From the IMG/VR virus record IMGVR_UViG_3300028920_000023: 64,000 bases of DNA; one strand, written 5' to 3'. Positions 59,866 through 64,000 of this stretch are shown one piece after another. The notes beneath the pieces were generated by a model. The model saw only the letters and a list, made by a program, of their open reading frames with translations. It was not told the origin of the DNA and did no database searches. Each line of letters starts with the position of its first letter. Position 1 is the first letter of the stretch. This DNA comes from a virus (taxonomy: Duplodnaviria; Caudoviricetes). The position numbers and the translations under genes were made by a program.

Positions 59866-61419
59866 TTAGTCCTTAACGTAATCTAGATCAACACGATCAG
59901 AAGGAGAAAGATCAAAACCAGCAATATTACTATTCCAATACAAATAATCATTAACCGCTATATTGTCAATAAACTTAGGGGTAGGTTGAAAAGCAGATGG
60001 AGTTAGAATAACGCTAGTTGGGCTAGATCTACCTGATGTATCTCCTAACCCCAATTGCCCAGTACCATTAGAACCCCAAATCCAAGCAGTACCATCAGAC
60101 TTTAAACCAACATCCTCAGTCAGAACATTAGCAAAAGAATGATTACCAAATACACTGACAGGACTGGACTTTTCCCCAATCGAATTATCTCCGGCATTGC
60201 CAGCATAAACTCTACCCCAAGACCACATGGTACCATCGGACTTAAGACCTCTAGACATCCCATGTCTACTATTTATAATCCTAATAAAACTATGATTACC
60301 GAGAACACTAGTCGGACTAGAACGGCTCACTAGATTAACGGCAAAAGCACCCCAAGCCCAAACCGTTCCATCACTTTTTAACCCATTACTAGTAGTACCA
60401 CCAGCGATCTGTATAAAACTATGATTCCCAACAACACTGACAGGACTTCTTTTATCAATAACAGTACCATCACCAAGCTGCCCACTACCATTTTGACCCC
60501 AAGCCCAGACAGTACCATCAGGCTTCAGAGCCATTACACCTTCATCACAAGCCGTAATCTGCGAAAAATAATGATCACCGATAACAGAAGTAGGACTAGA
60601 GCGAGAAGTAAGAGTCCCATCACCAACATCAGTACCCCAACACCATAAAGTCCCATCAGCCCTTAAAGCAGCCATAACCTGTCTAGAACCGACAACATCG
60701 ACAAAATTATGACCACCAACAACACTAGTGGGACTAGAACGACTAACATTATAATTATCACCAATAGTCCCAGGACCGAAAAAAGACCCGCCCCAACACC
60801 AAACACTACCATCAGCCTTAATAGCGGCCATAGTATAACGACCACCAGCAGTAATCTTTCTAAACTTATGATTACCAGCAACCGCTACAAAAAGAGACCT
60901 GTTAGACCTATTAGTAGCCTCACCATTAGCACCCCAATAACCATAACCACAACAATAAGCCTTACCTGCATTAGCACCAGAACCACCAACAATTAAACCA
61001 GAATTTTCAAAACCAATACTAATACTCATATCATATCTATAACCACTGAAATTATCAGAAGAAAAGAAAGTATTCTCAGATCTAACACCATCACCAACAA
61101 CCTGCTGAAAACCATTAATCAACGTACTAACATAACCACGAGGAGACTCACTAACCTGCAACCCCGTATTCTGAGCATAACCGCTAGTAGCAGAAGGAGA
61201 CAAACCCTTATCAACACCAACAAAACCACTACCAGGACCAGTAGGACCAGCCACCTGTGCACCCGTAGGACCAGTCGGACCAACAGCAGCCGTAGGACCC
61301 AAAGGACCAGTAACACCAGAACCAGTCGAACCAGCAGGCCCAGTAATACCAGGACCAGTCGGACCAGTCGGACCGGTACTACCAACAATATAAATCGAAG
61401 TCAAAGACGAACCAGGCAT
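59866..61419 (-). CDS. Collagen-like plus RCC1-repeat protein 4
   Basis: (GPT)n; WAWGQNGSGQLGDG and RSSPTSV repeats; 5' about 300 nt nearly identical to paralogue 3. Confidence 0.88.
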   Translation of the reverse strand: MPGSSLTSIYIVGSTGPTGPTGPGITGPAGSTGSGVTGPLGPTAAVGPTGPTGAQVAGPTGPGSGFVGVDKGLSPSATSGYAQNTGLQVSESPRGYVSTLINGFQQVVGDGVRSENTFFSSDNFSGYRYDMSISIGFENSGLIVGGSGANAGKAYCCGYGYWGANGEATNRSNRSLFVAVAGNHKFRKITAGGRYTMAAIKADGSVWCWGGSFFGPGTIGDNYNVSRSSPTSVVGGHNFVDVVGSRQVMAALRADGTLWCWGTDVGDGTLTSRSSPTSVIGDHYFSQITACDEGVMALKPDGTVWAWGQNGSGQLGDGTVIDKRSPVSVVGNHSFIQIAGGTTSNGLKSDGTVWAWGAFAVNLVSRSSPTSVLGNHSFIRIINSRHGMSRGLKSDGTMWSWGRVYAGNAGDNSIGEKSSPVSVFGNHSFANVLTEDVGLKSDGTAWIWGSNGTGQLGLGDTSGRSSPTSVILTPSAFQPTPKFIDNIAVNDYLYWNSNIAGFDLSPSDRVDLDYVKD

Positions 61420-61445
61420 ATCAGACCCCTATTAAAAACCTACCT

Positions 61446-61453
61446 TATATTTG
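61446..61453 (-). promoter_or_regulatory. Putative promoter motif CAAATATA
   Basis: 26 nt upstream of the RCC1 operon start. Confidence 0.45.
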
Positions 61454-61544
61454 AAAATTCAAACCTAAAACAAAGAAAGAATAGGATCAACATCAAACAA
61501 CGACATTATAATCCCACAAGGTGCAGCAATAACAGGAAATAAAC

Positions 61545-62912
61545 ATGAAAATCATCACCTCAGACGGCACCACAAAATCAGGAATAGCAGGCCCCACAGG
61601 CCCCACAGGCCCAACCGGACCAGAAGGACCACTAAACCAAAACCCAACACTAGAAAGCCTCACCCTATTCAGTTCAGCACCGTCCCTACTCATACAAGAA
61701 GACAATACCTCACCCGGATGGGAATTAACAAGTGATAATGGCAACCTCCAAATAAATAATCTGACAGACTCAACAAACCCACAAACAATACTACAAGCCA
61801 ACACAGAATTATTAACAATAAACGCAGCAACAAGTTTGGACGGTGCAGTAACAATAAACGATTCTGGATCGAATGTAAACTTTAGAATAGCATCAGACGT
61901 ATCAACACACGCATTCTTCATACAAGGCAGTAACGGGAACATAGGAATAAACAATAGCACCCCCGCTAGCAATTCAGGATTTAGTAATGCACTAGAATTG
62001 ACACAAACGACCGATGGTTGGGATCTGATGTTTAACAACCCATCCGCAGGTACGAGCACCTCAATTGGAGCCATAACAGCAAATCGCGACTCTGATGTAT
62101 TAACGGCCTTACTGTTCAGTGCAGATGGCGCGACGGACTCTGGTGTAATGAGATTCTTTACGCAGCCGACTGGCGGTGCACTAACCGAGCGTATGCGCAT
62201 TGACTCTAACGGGAATGTAGGTATCGGGGGCACACCGGTTTCGGACTGGGACGGTCGTTATGCAGTGCAATTTGGTGACAAGGGTTCATTGTCTTCAACT
62301 AAATCTGGCAATCCAAATGTGTATCTTACGGCAAACTTAGCGTTTGATGATCCAAACTGGGAATATCTAAGTGGGTACATCGGCGGAATGTATCAAATAG
62401 ATAGGGGTTGGCACTATTGGTATACAACCACTGATGCCACGCAATCTGCGGGGGCGACAGCAACACTAGCCCAGCGAATGTCGCTAGATACAGGCGGACG
62501 GCTATACCTACCATCCCTGCTCCAAACAACATACTCGGGTTTGACCGTAGAAATTGATACGGCTAATGGCGGACTATACGTCGAAACAAGCACGAGAAAG
62601 ACAAAGACGAATATTCGGGATGTTGACGGTAAAGCGTGGAATGACATCTATTCTTTGCGTGTTAGGTGTTTTGATAGTCTGGATGGGAAGCATAACGGTA
62701 TGGTCGGCCTTGTGGCAGAGGAAGCCGCACAGATCAACCCTCGGTTTGTAGTGTTTGACGGCGAAGGCGCGCCACTAGGCATCGATAGGAAGAACATACT
62801 ATATGCGCTCGTGAAGTGTCAGCAGGACCATAGAGGGAAGTTGCAAACGGCAAAAGCTAAGGTGCAAGAACTCGAGTCCCGCATCGCAGCATTGGAGGCA
62901 GCGAATAACTAA
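61545..62912 (+). CDS. Tail fibre protein with collagen-like start and S74-like chaperone
   Basis: Shared N-module; MRIDSNGNVGIG; STRKTKTNI...GLVAEE...IDRKN...ELESRIAALEA. Confidence 0.85.
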   Translation: MKIITSDGTTKSGIAGPTGPTGPTGPEGPLNQNPTLESLTLFSSAPSLLIQEDNTSPGWELTSDNGNLQINNLTDSTNPQTILQANTELLTINAATSLDGAVTINDSGSNVNFRIASDVSTHAFFIQGSNGNIGINNSTPASNSGFSNALELTQTTDGWDLMFNNPSAGTSTSIGAITANRDSDVLTALLFSADGATDSGVMRFFTQPTGGALTERMRIDSNGNVGIGGTPVSDWDGRYAVQFGDKGSLSSTKSGNPNVYLTANLAFDDPNWEYLSGYIGGMYQIDRGWHYWYTTTDATQSAGATATLAQRMSLDTGGRLYLPSLLQTTYSGLTVEIDTANGGLYVETSTRKTKTNIRDVDGKAWNDIYSLRVRCFDSLDGKHNGMVGLVAEEAAQINPRFVVFDGEGAPLGIDRKNILYALVKCQQDHRGKLQTAKAKVQELESRIAALEAANN

Positions 62913-62984
62913 TGCTCGGTCACGGCACCATTGTTGATAAAAGCAGAGCTTGAAGCTCGTATTATAGCTTTAGAGGCGCAGTAA
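62913..62984 (+). pseudogene. In-frame remnant of an alternative tail-fibre chaperone C-terminus
   Basis: Immediately after the TAA the same frame reads CSVTAPLLIKAELEARIIALEAQ*, matching the LIKAxxEL...LEARIxALE ending of S74 chaperones. Confidence 0.6.
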
Positions 62985-63013
62985 TTTACAAAACACCTCT
63001 CGCCGTATATAAA
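62985..63013 (+). promoter_or_regulatory. Sigma70-like promoter
   Basis: TTTACA (62985-62990), 17 nt spacer, TATAAA (63008-63013). Confidence 0.55.
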
Positions 63014-63019
63014 AGCACA

Positions 63020-63665
63020 AGTCTTTAGAAAGGCAGCCACGCGACAATCCCCGCTGGTATAGGAGCGTGTGGAGACGCACATTGTGCGTTCGTTGGACTT
63101 TAACTAACGCAGCCTCGGGGGTCTTCAGCAGAGACGCTGTCGTAAAATCCCAGTAAGACGGAGGCCCGCCAGTAAATCTTAGATTCTATAGCTGGCACAA
63201 CTTAACGCATAACCATTATGGTGAGGACCAACCTGGCAACAGGAAGGTTTCCAGAAAGCAAGGACTTTCTGGGCGGATGAGGGCCTTTGCTGGGTCACAA
63301 CCACAAGACAAGATCTTGACCGGTTGCGATACAAAGCACCCGTTGAGGAGACAAGAGAACAACCGCCAACAAACCACGCTAATCCCGAGTGGTTAATAAC
63401 GGCTCTTGAGCCCTCTGCGCACCACCAAAACCAAACAGGAGGAAACACAAGCCTATCAGCAACAACAAAATACCGACATGCTGTCAAAACACAACAAAAC
63501 AACAGCTAACCGCGCAACAGCACAGCCAACAAACACAAAACAACAGCAAACCAAAAAACAGCAAACGGCACGCTACCACGAAAGTAGGCTTGTAAGAATC
63601 TGTTTGGGAAAAACACCAAAATAGCCAAAGAAAAAGAAACATATCACGTCAGAATTTTTCTTGGT
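63020..63665 (+). ncRNA. Candidate large structured non-coding RNA (family unassigned)
   Basis: Multiple hairpins with GNRA/CUUG loops and G-U pairs, a 10 bp long-range helix (63447-63456 with 63584-63593), no convincing ORF, upstream promoter. Confidence 0.5.
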
Positions 63666-63773
63666 TATTGTTTTATGGGGGGCGGATGCGGATGCGAGGG
63701 AGAATCTCTATCCCAAATACAATTGCACAATGTGCACACTAGACAAACACCCACCAAAAGATAAACAAACAAC

Positions 63774-64000
63774 ATGAACGAACATAACACAAACCAACCA
63801 ATACACCTCAGCGGCGGCTCCAAACATTGGGCCGCCAACAGCCCAATCGCCAGCAAATACCTAGAAAACAAAGACAATAGCAAAAACATAAAACAAATGA
63901 ACAAATATGCAAACATCCTAGACAGCATACTGCCCAGAAAAAAGCCACATAACGCAGAACTCTACGCAAAAGAAACACAACTCAACGAACGAGAAAAACA
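63774..64000 (+). CDS. Hypothetical protein, partial (runs off window)
   Basis: MNEHNTNQPIHLSGGSKHWAANSPIASKYL..., open to 64000; A/C-ending codons as in other + genes. Confidence 0.55.
   Translation, partial: MNEHNTNQPIHLSGGSKHWAANSPIASKYLENKDNSKNIKQMNKYANILDSILPRKKPHNAELYAKETQLNEREK

Noticed and set aside
55007-61419. Diversity-generating retroelement acting on the RCC1 or fibre genes
   Set aside because: No reverse transcriptase is present in the window, and differences between repeat copies are not confined to adenines.
63020-63665. tmRNA, RNase P RNA or group I/II intron
   Set aside because: There is no tRNA-like acceptor or T arm, and the GCA AAC-started frame (ANQKTANGTLPRK*) lacks a hydrophobic tag end. 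GAGGAAAGUCC is absent. GTGCG at 63084 has no recognisable domain V downstream and no host gene is interrupted.
1-64000. Alternative genetic code (stop-codon reassignment), common in large phages
   Set aside because: Known proteins (RecA, NrdJ, DnaE, helicase) are full length in the standard code, and TAG, TGA and TAA all end tightly coupled genes.

Overview
This 64 kb window is a gene-dense segment of a large (jumbo-type) tailed dsDNA bacteriophage read in the standard code. No rRNA, tRNA or CRISPR array was found. From left to right it holds: the 5' part of a tape-measure-like gene (missed by the ORF track because it runs off the window); a baseplate-hub-like gene; primase; a class II ribonucleotide reductase with a mini-intein; a virion-protein trio beside a double glycosyltransferase and a P-loop kinase; a replication/recombination module (Holliday junction resolvase, 5'-3' exonuclease, gp32-like SSB, UvsY-like protein, compact family A polymerase, helicase, RecA); an intein-free DnaE (Pol III alpha) split into two genes with a duplicated internal segment; GroES-like and actin-like genes; three tail-fibre genes sharing an N-terminal module; a GT8/GT9/sulfotransferase cluster beside four collagen-RCC1 paralogues; and a promoter-preceded, ORF-poor, hairpin-rich region of about 600 nt that may be a large non-coding RNA. 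The + strand is strongly A/C-rich regardless of gene orientation, with short patches where the bias reverses inside genes. All functional calls come from motif recognition by eye; no database search was run. Some start sites were moved from the ORF track to nearer RBS-supported starts.
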